DNA from: Lama guanicoe
Taxonomy: Eukaryota
Reading direction: 5' to 3'
Assembly (NCBI GenBank): GCA_013239625.1
Contig: MU053594.1
Location: forward strand, 770,355-834,354
Length of the DNA: 64,000 nucleotides
Shown: piece after piece, positions 1 through 11,983 of the stretch
Layout: each line of letters opens with the position of its first letter
How positions within the stretch are numbered: the first letter of the stretch is position 1
Notes under the pieces: generated by a model
The model's input: only the letters and a program-made list of their open reading frames with translations
Told to the model about the DNA's origin: nothing
The model's database searches: none
Program-made: the position numbers and the translations under genes

Positions 1-289
1 GCACTGATGTCACCCAGGGTGATGGAGGGACTTCAGGAGAGAGGACGACCGTGAATGAAAGCCAAGGTCGTCACAGAGGACGGGCATAGTTAGGAGTCTG
101 CTCGTGGCGGTGGAGCCGGATGGAACCGGATGGTCTTCCATCTTGTCGATTGAAGCTTGTTCCTCCTTGTGTTAATGCCATTGCTCTAAATGCCAGAGAA
201 AGAGTCGTTCCGTTTCGTTCTTGACGTAGAGCTGCCTATGAGTTTTCTTTTCTGGGTCCTGTGCTTGTTCTCGCTTCTTCTTAATCTGA

Positions 290-1160
290 ATTCATTCCCC
301 AGGTGACCTCATTAGGTGCCAGGGGTTTCAACACACGCTCTGTGCTGACAGCTCCTACACATGTCCCCAGACTGGTCCTCTTGAACGGTCAGTCTATTCA
401 AAATCTCCACTAGGATGTTCACGTGGATCTCAGACTTACAGTGTCCAGAACCAGACTCTGCTTTTCTTTCACTCCTTTTAGAGAAGAAACGGCAATTCCA
501 TCCTTTTAACTGGTTAGTCCCGAAATCTGGAAGTGATCCTCGATGCTGCTCTCAAATCCACATCCACTCCATTACCCAGTCCTGCTGGTCTTACCGTCAG
601 CAGAGCCAGACTCTGGCCATTGCCCGCCTCCACCTGAACCAGCTTGCTCCACGCACACCATCTGGTCCCACCTACATTATTGCCTCCTAATTGGTATCCT
701 TACCTCCTTTCTTGCCCTCCTGTGGTCTGTTCTCTACCCAGCAGCCAGAGTGACAGTTTTAAAACTTAAGTCATGTCAGGCTTCTGCTAGAAATTGTCCC
801 TTGGCTTTCTTTTTCAGTTGAAGAAAAAACCCAAAATTCTAACAGTAGTTTACAGACCCTGTGTGATCTAGCTCTGACTCCTCTCCTACCTCTTCAGCCT
901 CTGCCCCACACCATCCCTTGTTCTCTGTTCTGGCCACTCTGCCCTCCCTGCTCTTTATCAAACACACCCAGCAAACCCCAACCCCAGGACCTTTGCACTT
1001 GTTGTTCTCGCTGCCCAACATATCTTTGTTCAGATATTTGAAAGGTTCAGTAGCTCACTTCTTTCAGGTCACTGTTCAATGTCATCTTTTCAGAGAGGAC
1101 AACTCTGACCTCCTCCCTCACCTGGACTGAATTATTGTCCATAGCACTTACCACTCCCTG
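290..1160 (+). mobile_element. L2 LINE fragment (continues at ~2510-2595)
   Basis: Pyrimidine-rich L2-like motifs (ggacctttgcacttgttgttc, aatgtcatcttttcagagagg, atagcacttaccac); boundaries approximate. Confidence 0.7.
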
Positions 1161-2470
1161 ATTTAGCCACAATAGGTTAAATAGCGCTGTGGTGGTAACA
1201 GATCCTAAGGTTGAGTGGTTTATAACATAAAGGCATGCTGGAGCCAGCTTGTACTGGACCCAGAGAGCCAACTGTTAAATTTTAAGGAAATTTGTGAGTC
1301 AGTGTTAAGCACACTCATTATTAAAAGTTAAATTACATAAACTTACAATTAACAAACATATTAAAAATGAGTGCAGTATGTACTCAAAACATCTCAGTTC
1401 TCAAATGTTTTAGTATATTTTACTATTAACAATGTACACAAGATTTATTGTTATTACTCCCTATTACTATGACCTCTGTGCTAGTCTCTTTTATCTGGAC
1501 TGTGGAAATATTATATAATGATGTGCTGCTGTCTCTGCCTAACCCTAACTCCTCATCCCGTGACGGCGTGCTGAAATCAGCCATACTGGGAATATTTACA
1601 TATCACTGAAACCAGCACATGCTACAACTCAGGGTTTGATTGTTTTCTGTGTCTCTCTCTGCGCGTGTTTGTCTAGACTAAATAAAGTGACGGGGAAAAT
1701 ACGGATGGTGCAGATTAAACTGTGAGGTGTGTCACGCCTGCAGCCATCGCACTGAAGCCGTGTTCTAGCATTCAGAAACTTACGCCTGATTCGGTAGAGA
1801 GGGCGCTCACCATCGATGAGCGAGTGACGTTCTGACACCCAGGTCTTCAGTGTGTCACTTTCATTTTACTTGTTAACGTAAATGAATGTATCAACCAACA
1901 TACACAACTGTGCTCATCCATCAGTTGCAACCAGGGGTTGATTTTGGATACAAGACTTCAGCAAAAAATGACCCAAAGCATCTGCATCAATTGGACAGAT
2001 GGCATTTCAGTGTAGAGTACTGTATGTTTTACTATTTGTAAATTGCATTCTTTATATCAGTAAAGTTTATAATAAACATACACACACACACACACACACA
2101 CACCGTACCTATGCGCCATATATGCCTCCCTCTTCCCACCCCCTTTGGAGGGCTGGTTGTTAAATGTTTACTGGGTTTATCCCCTACGCAAGCTCTGAGT
2201 CCATCATGGGTCCTCTGTTCACATTCCTCACTCTGGGCCCAGGGAACGACATGTGCAGAGATGCTGACTGCTGAGGAGGGGGAAAGGGGCCACAATAAGA
2301 CCCACTGGTTTTCAAAAGATCTGCCTAGAAGTGACATTCTCTTCCTTGTTCATATTCCGTTGATGGAAGCAAGTCACATGGCCACGCCTACTATAAGTGA
2401 ACAGAGAAGTGCAACCCTATCGTGTGCTGGGAAGGAGGGAACTGGGACCCTGGTGAACGGCCCTAATGAC
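1161..2470 (-). mobile_element. MaLR (MLT1-type) LTR split by a DNA transposon
   Basis: gagtggtttataacataaagg ... gtttatc ... aagcaagtcacatggccacgcct; typical MLT1 motifs. Confidence 0.6.
1233..2172. mobile_element. MER63-like hAT DNA transposon
   Basis: gctggagccagcttgtac..gagagccaactgttaaatttt start and ggagggctggttgttaaatgtttactg end match the recalled MER63 consensus; (CA)n at ~2080-2103. Confidence 0.65.
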
Positions 2471-3339
2471 AAGGTGTGTCAGGTGCTTGGGTGCCCCACC
2501 CCCACACCCAGGGGGAACGTTCTGCTAGAGAGTGTTTTGTTCACTGCTGTCTCCTGGGGCACCACGGACACACTCAGGATGTACTCAGTGAATCTGAGAG
2601 GAGACTAGCTTAAAGGAGGAAGGCTCTGGAAGCAAGTCCTCATGGAGCAACGGAGGAGTCATCCAACTCTGGGTCAGCAACATGCTCTCATTGCCCCTAG
2701 CCCTGCCAGATGCAGCTGGAAATCTGTGGCACAGGAGGTCACACTGATGCACGTGGCTCTATCCATTTACCCAGGCCCGAGGGCCAGGGAAGGATCAGAC
2801 CAGGGGAGTGGTTGCAGACACCAGCCCAGGGGAAGGCTCCACTGACCCAGGCTGGGGCCGGGGCGGGGCTCACGGACACAAAAGATGGCATCGTTCAGAT
2901 TCGGGCAGAAGCAGGGTTGGCCCTGAGAAGGAGGGACATTTTGCTCCTGAGACACCTTGCTTGCCACACCCTCATCCTGGCCCTGGGCCCTGGGGCCAGC
3001 TCTGCTACAGAACTCCTTATTCCACAGTTTCATAGATAATTCCAGCTCTACTGGGTGCTTCTTCCCAACACAGCCAGAAAGTAGTGTCTGCAAGAGAATT
3101 CACAGCTGAGGCAAAGTTTTCTTCACCCTTTGTCTAGATGGGAGACCTCAGTAAACCCCAGGGGCTGAATTAAGGCTCCAAGTGCTGAGCGGTGTCACAA
3201 AGTAAGAAGGAGAGGCCTTGCGTGTTCTGGAATAACCTCACGTGTCCACCCCAGGGTTGGCACCTTGGCGCTCAGGTGTACGCTGTCCTTCCAGGAGGGT
3301 TTGACGCCATCGCACACCAGGGACGTGACAGCCCTACTC

Positions 3340-3560
3340 CCATTCGTTGAGCGCCTACTGTGTGCCAAGAAAGTGCTACGCTAGGCTTTCCTATGCACTG
3401 CTTCATTCATTAACCAATGCCCCAACTCTGCCAGCTCGGTATTTCCTACTGGCCCAAAGAGGAAACTGAGTCTTGCGGAGAATAAGTCACTCTTCCAAGG
3501 TCAACAAGGAGGTGGCAGAATGAGTATCGGACTGAAATGTTTCTGAATCTGACATCTGGC
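3340..3560 (-). mobile_element. MIR SINE
   Basis: gttgagcgcctactgtgtgcca...gaggaaactgag...ccaaggtca. Confidence 0.65.
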
Positions 3561-3771
3561 CCTTCTAAACCAGGGCTCCTCTAGAAGCCTGAGAGACAGG
3601 ATCAGAGACCATCCTTCAGGCCAACATGAACTCAAGTCACTGGGTTTAACCTGGGTTAAAAAAAAATAAAAGACATCACAGGCGTTGTCACATGTGAGTC
3701 ACATGACAGACTTCCACACGCTTGAAATAAATCCCATTTTGACCATAACGGCTTTTTTTTTTCTTTCAATT

Positions 3772-3777
3772 TTTATT
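3772..3777 (-). terminator. Distal poly(A) signal AATAAA of NCAM-140/180 mRNA
   Basis: ttcAATAAAaattgaaag followed by U/GU-rich sequence; UGUAAAUA at 3831-3838 upstream; other AATAAA at 4133, 5257, 5660, 6825. Confidence 0.7.
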
Positions 3778-6767
3778 GAACACAAGTATTCTGACAGAAT
3801 GCAAAGTCAAAATTCTCAGTTAGTACTCAGTATTTACACCAGTGAGAATGGAAACAAAGGTGGTATCGATGTTTCACTTGGTAAAAAGTTTATAACAAGA
3901 GAGAAGGCCCCCAGAGTCGGGAATGCCGGGTAGAAACGAATGGAGGTCCGATAACCACCATCCGGACAGACAGCCTACCGTGAAAACCTGGGACTTGGAA
4001 GGCTCCATAGAAAAGTGTGAAAGTAGCGTTCCACTTCGAAAGCTGCACTATATACACCACGGCCCTTCAGGGTTTGGGGGCCCCGCGCACGGCACTCGAG
4101 TGCCCCTCCAGCAGAACCTGGCCACGCCGGTATTTATTTATGCAGATACATATGTATGACATACACAGATAGACACACAGACACGGGAAACTGGCAGAGT
4201 GACCCCTCCTTCGAAAAATTAAAAAAGCTAAACTATAAGCTTTGATCTCTTAACATAAAAGATAGAACATCTTGAAAATAAAGGGACTCTCTCTTTGATT
4301 TTAGAGAAAGCATCGCTCTGTTTTTTTGTTTTTTGTTTTTCCCAAAGAAAGGAAAGCTCGCACATGCAGAGACGGATCTATGTATAATGGGAAAGAGGCC
4401 GAACAAAAGGTGGGCAGAGTCTTGGGTTCCAGATAATGGCAGAGCCAGGGTTCAGGGGACGGGGTTGGGGGGAGGCAGGACAGTCAGCTGCCCTGGGCCA
4501 GGTGATCTGAGGCTCGATCATGCCTCGTCCTCTTCCTAACCATCAGAACCGAAATCAGTTTACTTGACCACAACCACTTGGAGTGAAATGCACAGTCTTG
4601 ATGAGGTATAGTGTGGGCTCGGCCGAGGTGGTTGAAGCCATTAACATCACAAGATGAGGAATTGATTCCACTGACAACCTGGGGACCGGAAGGGCCCATC
4701 ACCCCACCGCTGGGTCCTCCCGTCTCAGCCGCCCAGGAGCTCCCATCTGCTGTGTGCTCTAAGAACTGTCTTCCCCTGACTTGTTCCTGAGGGCCTGTGC
4801 ATTCGAACCCTAGATTTGTGCAGGCCCGAGGATCAAAAGGGCCAGAGCTGTGTATCCTGGGATCCTCCACTTCCATCCCCAGGAGCTGAGAAAATGCAAA
4901 ACAACCCCACATTTAGCAAATGATAAGACCGTTATTTTTCACAGTTTGAAGTGTTCGTCTAGCAAAGCGCCACCGATCAGACTGCAGAAGTATCAGAACA
5001 TTGGGGAGTGTGGCCCACAGATCAGACTCAGGGGCACTCTTGCCATCCTAAACTCTTGCTCTTTGGTACCTCAGGAAAGGTACCTACAGAATTCTGATTT
5101 CTCCTGACTTACTGTCATCTTCATCATCATAATCACTTTTCTTTCATTTTCTTTGTTTAAAGGCTTCAGTTCCTTTTAAAAGTTATTTTTGTTTCCTGAA
5201 TATTTTTTTTTTCTGAACTATCTGCTAAACCTTCCACAACCAAACTATGTTGAAGTTTTATTTCAATACTATGACAAAAACACGTTTCACACTAAAATAT
5301 TCACGCATCCACAGTGCACAAGCTTGCAGTTCTAAAGTAGAATGAGGAAAAAAAAGCAAATTTCTATACAAAGGGCTGGCTTTTCCCTTCTCCCCCCTCC
5401 CATCCCCCTTAAAGTTTCTGTATCTTTTTTTCCCCACTTGGTTTCCAATCCAGGAAAGTTGTGTTATGACTCCAGACAGCAGCTTGGGTTTTTTTTTTTT
5501 CCTTTTCTTTTGTTTCTACAAATGCTGCCTAAGTGAACAGAAGGCCGATGTTATTTCACTTCAACAGATTTCCAAAAAAAGACACTAATTCCCTGAAGCA
5601 CACATGCTCTTCCGCTCAAATCTAGATTCCGGGCTCAAAAGGAAATTGTATGTATATATTTTATTTGGCTTTCTACAAAAAGGGGATGTTTGGGGTAAAA
5701 ACGTGTGTTCACCAAGACCAGCCCCAACTATACAATCTTCTCTGCTTCATTCAACATAGCCTAAGGGTCCTTCAAAAGGAAGGACAGGGACGCCTGGGGA
5801 GCAGATCCTTTTCACAGATACAGGCAGGTGGTGGTTAATCAGAAGTGGTCTAACCCCCAAGGAAACAAAAAAAGAACCGAAAACCCAAAAGCAAAACCAT
5901 TCCAAAGCGAGATGGATTTTTTTCACCTGAGTTGCACACTCAGGCAAAAATCTTCAAATCAGAATTGGGGGTGTGGGTGGGGAGAGCCACTGTAAACAAT
6001 CATATTTCATAAAGTTGTCTTGTGATGACCCTACCCACCTCTAGGCAGTATTTGTAACTTAAAAAAAAAAAAAAAAGAAAGGCAGTTGTTTTACATGGAC
6101 ATTGAAGCACAACCAAAGTCAGACATTTGTCAACTTGTAAACACTGGAAAACAAAGTTGGCAGAAAGAATAAAAAAAAAAAAAAGAAGAAGAAGAATGAA
6201 AAAGAAAAGGAAAGGAAAAGAAATCCGAATACTGCAAATTGAGATCTACCCCCAGAAGCTGCGATCTGGCATTCTCCCTATAAAACAAGAGTCTATGTGG
6301 GAATTGAATTCAGCTAGGAAGGTGACACACTTTGCATACCGAACAAATACAAAGTGAACAGAAATTATAACTTATTTATGAGGTTTTACAGAGTTCAAAC
6401 TCGACTGAAAGTATAAAAATAAACTTGGACTTTGTTCATTCGGTTAGTCTTAGTGCCTGGAAGCATTTCTCTGAACCTTGTCTGTGCCAATTGAGCAACA
6501 CCAAGTGTGGTGTTCCTGAACCTAGATTTCTGGGTTTTTTTCTGAGCTTTCTAGCTTCTTAATTTGGGGTCCTTTTGTTTGATTTCTAAATGGTTTCAGG
6601 GAACGGAGTGTCCTAGTTTGGCTGTGGGTTTCACCTTTTTGTCTCATTTTCTTACAAGTGAGTGGGCAACAAAGAAACCCTTTCTATAAATCTACAAAAA
6701 GGGGATCCCATGTTGATCTGTTTAGTTTCTTTTTTTTTTAAAGGCAAAAGACACTAGAGGAATGAGA

Positions 6768-6787
6768 TGTGTGTGTGTGTGTGTGTG
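6768..6787. repeat. (TG)n microsatellite in proximal 3'UTR
   Basis: about 10 TG units. Confidence 0.9.
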
Positions 6788-6858
6788 ATATTGGAGATGC
6801 TCTGGTGAAGCTGTTGTGTCACTTTTTATTTTGATCTTTGCTGGTGTCTCGTCACCCA

Positions 6859-6979
6859 TCATGCTTTGCTCTCGTTCTCCGTTGTCTGTGTGGCGTCGTT
6901 GGGGACCGTCTTGACTTCGGCTGGCGCTGGCTTCGTTTCTGTCTCCTGGCACTCCGACTTTGCTTCTACAGGGCCCTTC
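6859..6979 (-). CDS. NCAM1: NCAM1 exon 19 coding part (C-terminus of NCAM-140/180)
   Basis: ctgcag|GAAGGGC...GCATGA; KGPVEAKSECQETETKPAPAEVKTVPNDATQTTENESKA*. Confidence 0.98.
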
Positions 6980-7067
6980 CTGCAGAGAGCGGAGAAAACA
7001 GCGCTGAGACCACAGTTCGCAGTAACGCACCCTTCAGCCAGTCCCTCAAAATGGGGCTCCGTTAGAC

Positions 7068-7232
7068 CACTGGTCTCCAACCTCAGTGGCATGCTGGCAT
7101 TACCTGGAACCTCTAAGTGTCACGGATGCCTGGGCCATGTCCCTAGAAATTCTGATGTAAATGGCCTGAACCTGGTGACTTTTAAAAGCACCCAAGTGGT
7201 TCTAACGTGCAGCCAAAGCTGACAGCCACTGG
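7068..7232. mobile_element. MER5-like hAT element
   Basis: cactggtctccaacct...gaaattctgatgtaa...gtggttctaacgtgcagccaaagctgacagccactg. Confidence 0.55.
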
Positions 7233-8434
7233 ATCAGAGGAAGGTACCCTTTCCTCTCCCAGCCCTAACCTGATTTCAGGGCTCCAGCTTTACCTGGGGT
7301 GATGGAAACGGAGCAGACGCAGCCTTTTCCTCCTGCTCAGCTGTAGCGGCAGCCACCCAGCTTACAAATGAGGGGTGCTGGGCTCCAGGGGGTGCCCTGA
7401 AAACCCCCTGCTCTTGCCTGTCCCCACCCCCACCCCTCTGTGCTCTCCCTTTCCTGGTGGTGACTCTGTGGCTTGCCCAGGCAGGTAAGAAAATGCTCTG
7501 TTACTGAGGCAGCTTTCCATGGGGGCCTGGTAGAGGCCAGAGCATGCTGCCAGGCTACAGGGGAGCTGAGTGGAGCTGAGTGGGCAGGGCTGTCCTTCTA
7601 CTTCCTGACAGCGTCGGGGCTCCTGGACAGGGTCCCCATGCAGCTCTTGGTGGCAGCACCTCAGCATATCTGGGTGCAGCAGCAGAAGCATCTATAAAAA
7701 CCCTGGTCTGATTCTGCCTCAATCAGTCCCAGGAGCGAGAATCTGGTCTCAGGATGCACCAGGGCAGGCTCAGACCCCTGCCCCAGCTGGTGCCACTGCA
7801 TGTGGACGTCCCATTTGAGACACCTGTAAGCTGAAGGACCTTGCTTTGAACTTGACCCAACAGTCACTCAGTGCTTGGGAGCTCTGAGTCCTCCCAGACA
7901 CTCAAGGACAGGAGAAGCAGGAAGAGGTGGGTGGGCGTGTGGGCATCTGGGCCGGAGTGCGACAGGGTCTTCTGGACCAGATTCTCTCCCCACATGAGCT
8001 TCGCGGTCTGCCTCCTTACTTCCCGCATAAGCGCACTGTTCTGGTGGGGACCTGACCTGGCCTGGCCCTGGAGGACACGCTGTCTGGGGGCCCCAGGGTG
8101 GCCGATCAGGGAGCCTTGGCCTCCTTAGCTCACTTCCCATGCCACGCTCATCAGGGGCCCGACTGTGAGGGCTCCCCCAGGGACAACAGACGCCACTGCT
8201 AGGGCGATCAGGATAGAACATAATTACCGTGGCCTAATTAGTGAGCTGGCGGCTGCCTGCCGGGCCAGCTGCCTGCCCCCGCTCCCTGCCTTGTCCCAGC
8301 CCCTGGGCTGACAGTCGCCTCAGAGAAGCCCTGGATTAGGCGGAAGACACATCTAACAAGGAGGACATGGCACAGAACAAACGCACACCACCACGGGACG
8401 CAACCTGATGACAGTGGACAAAGAGAGGCCGTAC

Positions 8435-9241
8435 TCGGTTTTTGCTGGTGCAGGTGGAACAGAACTGTCGGCAGTGGAAGGAGCAAGCTCAGGGGCTTGT
8501 CCACTGGCCCCAGCGGCGGGAGCAGGAGAGCCCAGGGCTGCAAAAACATCCTTTGCAAGGTCAATATCTGGGGTCTTGAAGTTCCCTTCGTCCATTTTAA
8601 AGTCCTCGCCCTGGGCAGGGTTTGTGGTGCTGACGGAGGCAGCCTCGCTCTTCGGGCTAGCGGGGGCCTTGGCTGCCTCGGCCGGGCTCTTCGCGGCGCC
8701 AGGCTGGGTGGGCTCGGAGTCCGGGCCTGTGGTGCCGGGAGCCTCCTGCTTGGCCTGGGGGGCTTCTGGGGCCGGGGAAGCTGCTGCTGCTGCTAGGGGA
8801 CCGGCTGCCCCGGCCGAGGTGGGGACCGGCTTGCTGGCCGGAGGGGCCTTGGGGGCCTCACCTGCGCTGGCAGGGGCGCTGGGGCTGAGCACAGCCCCCT
8901 GATTAGCCAGGACACTAGAGGACAAGTTGCTGGCAGCAGGGGCTGAGGTCGGGGTGTCGCTCAGATCAACGAGGGGGGCAACCTTGGGGGCTGAGGCCGG
9001 GGGTGGGGAGGCGGCGGCTACGCCGGGCCCCTTGGAAGGGGTGGCCTGGCCGGCGGGCACAGAGTTTGACTCAGGGGTGGCCGTGGCCGGGGGGGCAATA
9101 CTGGAGGTCAGGGTGGTGGTCTCACTGGTGGGGCTGTTCTGAGCAGTGGCAAAGGTTTCGGTGATAGTGTCAGAGTTAGCGGTGACGGTGGTGACAGAAG
9201 GCAGCATGTCCTCGACAGTGGCTGTGGTGTCAGCAGGCAGC
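8435..9241 (-). CDS. NCAM1: NCAM1 exon 18 (NCAM-180 cytoplasmic insert), 807 nt, frame-preserving
   Basis: ccccacag|GCTGCCT...AAAACCGA|gtacgg; LPADTTATVEDMLPSVTTVT...GEDFKMDEGNFKTPDIDLAKDVFAALGSP...PAKT(E); A/P/S/T-rich. Confidence 0.96.
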
Positions 9242-10278
9242 CTGTGGGGAGGACAGGAAGTAGAAGAGATAGACAATGAAGCTGGGACGAGACAGAGAAG
9301 CCGGGGCAGGGCGGAGGCCGAGGAGGGGGCCGCGGGCCGGGCATGCAGGGACGTACAGGCACGGACACAGGCCCACAGAGAAAGGCGGACGCGAGAGGAA
9401 CACACGCCCAGGCGGGCAGAAGAGGAGACAGGAGACAACAGAGAACGTGGCATCTAAAGGGGTCCCCTGCCTCTCTGCTGACTCCCTCCCGCTCTGCACA
9501 GGGCTCCCTCCCCTGCAGCCCTGCCGGGCCTTTCTCATCCCCTGCCTGCATCTGGACCCAGGGAGAGGCCCGCTGGAGCTCGGCGTCCACCACCGCAGGC
9601 GTCCTAGGTCCCTGGGGGATCGGGCCCAGCTGCCCTGCGGGGTCCACGGGCCGTGGTGGGGAAGCTTGGGAATGAGGCAGATGACGAGGGCGCCAAATGG
9701 CCCCCAAAGGCTGTGACTGTCCAGCCAGACAGCTTGTGCTTCCATTAAACTCCAGTTCCTTCAAACCCACAGTACCCATGACAGCCAGGAAGTCATTACC
9801 ACAAAACTGGACGCGGTTTCTGACTGAGGGTCCCCAAGGCTTCCGAGACCAGGAGGGCCAGGGAACTTTACCAGGTCCCCACCTTCCTGCCACCTTTTAG
9901 GAAGAACACAGAAAATCCTAGAATTCTTAGAAATCCTAAAGCAAATCTCTAAGCTCAGCCTCTCTCAGCGAAGAGAGAAAGGCTTTCGTCTCCTTCGGTC
10001 ACTTCCAGGGTGTGTGTGTAACTTGGGCACAGGGTCTCAGGATCCCACTTATGCATGGAGCCTATTAAGGCCGCCACAGCCACCCAGATAGAACCAAGGA
10101 TGCCTCCTCTCTAGGGGGAGAGCAGGGTCAGGCATTTCTGGCCCAGGACTCCAGAATCCTGGCCTGCGATGCTCGGCGGGGAGCTGTGGGTGGGAGGCCT
10201 GGAGAAGTGGGCAGGGTGGTGCGGTGGGTGTGGGGCTCAGCTGAGGCGGCGCCAGCCCCGCCCTGCCCCGCCACGTAC

Positions 10279-10395
10279 TCGGGCTCCGTCAGCGGCGTGG
10301 TCTCGTTGGGCTCTGTGTGTTTCCCTCCGTCGTGGTTTGGGGTCCGCTCCTCCTCAGTTCGCACTTCCACGATGGGCTCCTTGGACTCATCTTTC
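10279..10395 (-). CDS. NCAM1: NCAM1 exon 17, 117 nt
   Basis: ccacag|GAAAGAT...GAGCCCGA|gtacgt; [38 protein letters not shown](E). Confidence 0.98.
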
Positions 10396-10504
10396 CTGTG
10401 GAGAGAGCTCTGCTGGTTCCATCCCGGGGAGCCGGGGGAGGCGGGGAGGGGACTCCCAGCCACGCCAGCTACAGCTCAGGCACCTGCGCCCGGCCCGAGG
10501 CTGG

Positions 10505-10716
10505 AGCGGGGTCCAGAGCCAGACCCAGGTGCTGCATCTCGGCCCCCACTCTTGCCAGCTGTGTGACCCTGCATATCTGATTTGCCCACCCATACTTCCA
10601 TTTCCTCACCTGTAAAAACGGGCAAATTATAGTCTACCTCACCTAGCTGTTACGAACATTAACTGAGACGATGAACGTAGAGCACTCAGCACCGCGCCTG
10701 GCACAGATCAGCACTC
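10505..10716 (+). mobile_element. MIR SINE
   Basis: cccactcttgccagctgtgtgacc...tttcctcacctgtaaaa...cctggcacagatcagcactcaa. Confidence 0.7.
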
Positions 10717-10734
10717 AAGTCGTCTGTATTTGCA

Positions 10735-11240
10735 CACATGTAAGTGCATGCAAGTATAATAAGCATATGTATATGTAAGTACGTACATGTGTTAAGTATA
10801 TGCACATATAAGTACATACACGTATAAGGATATGCATATGTAAGTACATACATGTATAAGTATATGCTGTATAAGTATGTATGTGTATGTCAATAATACA
10901 TAAATAAGTATGTATATGTGCGATGCACATGTATCAGTAAGTATGTACATGTATACCATATACGGACATATGTATATACAAGTATATGCACATAGAAGCA
11001 TATACATGAATATGATGCATGTAAGTATGTACACGTAGACATTCTATGTTTATGTATATTTAAGTAGGTATATGTGTATGTAAGCACATGCATGTATGAA
11101 CATGTATATACACACATAAGTACATGCCTGTTTAAGTATATGATGTATAAGGTATACAGATATGTAAGTACTTACTGTACGTGCACGTGTAAGTTCATGC
11201 ATGAATAAGTGTATGATGTATGTATATGTACATGTATAGA
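10735..11240. repeat. ~500 bp degenerate (TA/TG/CA)n low-complexity repeat
   Basis: Mostly purine-pyrimidine alternation with recurring taagtatatg units; source of several spurious ORFs. Confidence 0.9.
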
Positions 11241-11404
11241 CAGTGCCTGGCACGTGGTGATGCTAACAACTTATTTCCTTGCTCCGTCTCCTCTTGCCTC
11301 GCTCCAGCTCAGCCCCACCCAGTGACAGCCTTTGAAGGTTCCTGCTATTTGGCTCAGGATCTGTTTCTCCAGAGATGCTGGAGGACCGCTTCTGTCCGGA
11401 TGGA

Positions 11405-11525
11405 CAGCTCCAGGAGGACAGGCATTTTTATCTGTTTTGTTGACTGCAGTACCCAAGTGCCTGGGGGTGGTGCCTTGCTAGGAGTGGCTGCTTCATAGAT
11501 TTGCTGAATGCGCTGCATGAATGAC
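11405..11525 (+). mobile_element. L2 3' end fragment
   Basis: ctccaggaggacagg..tctgttttgttgactg..atttgctgaatg..tgaatga. Confidence 0.55.
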
Positions 11526-11775
11526 AGCAAGGCAAGTGTGCCTCTCAAATGCTGACCCCTCCAGCTTAGCTCTGACAATTCCCCTCATTCTGACCTACGC
11601 AGGGGTTTTCAAACTTCTGTGAGATTCTAGATGTGGGGCTGGGCCCGCAATGAAAAACATCTCTAATTCTTTGCTCCCCTGGGGTGTCCAATGGGGAAGC
11701 TGAGGTGCCTCCGAGGCAGGGCCCCAGGCCGGGCAGAGCCCAGCACTCAGCAGGGGTGGGTGGGTCTGCACTCAC

Positions 11776-11983
11776 GAGAAGGCGGCTTTGCCCTCCTCCA
11801 TGTCCTTGCCCTTGGCTCCGGGCCCCGCTTTTCCGCACAGGTTGACGGCGATGCACATGAGCAGGCCACACTTGTTCAGGAAGTAGCAGGTGACGTCCAC
11901 AGCCACCAGGAGCAGGACGAAGGTGACAACAAGGATGCCCACGATGGCGCCGGTGCTCAGGCCAGAGGTAGGGCTGCCATTGG
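11776..11983 (-). CDS. NCAM1: NCAM1 exon 16 (transmembrane helix and juxtamembrane cysteines), 208 nt
   Basis: acccaag|CCAATGGC...TTCTC|gtgagt; (A)NGSPTSGLSTGAIVGILVVTFVLLLVAVDVTCYFLNKCGLLMCIAVNLCGKAGPGAKGKDMEEGKAAF(S). Confidence 0.98.

Larger units (their letters stand above)
3750..6858 (-). other. NCAM1: NCAM1 exon 19 3'UTR (~3.1 kb)
   Basis: U-rich region after the stop with no recognisable transposon, ending at AATAAA 3772-3777. Confidence 0.75.

Noticed and set aside
8353..9453. 366-aa ORF as a standalone gene
   Set aside because: It is NCAM1 exon 18 plus read-through into flanking intron; splice sites are at 9241 and 8435
8408..9893. Several overlapping 100-260 aa ORFs on both strands
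   Set aside because: Shadows of GC-rich, stop-poor sequence with no recognisable protein features
10715..11253. Tyr/Ile/His/Cys-rich ORFs
   Set aside because: Translations of the low-complexity repeat
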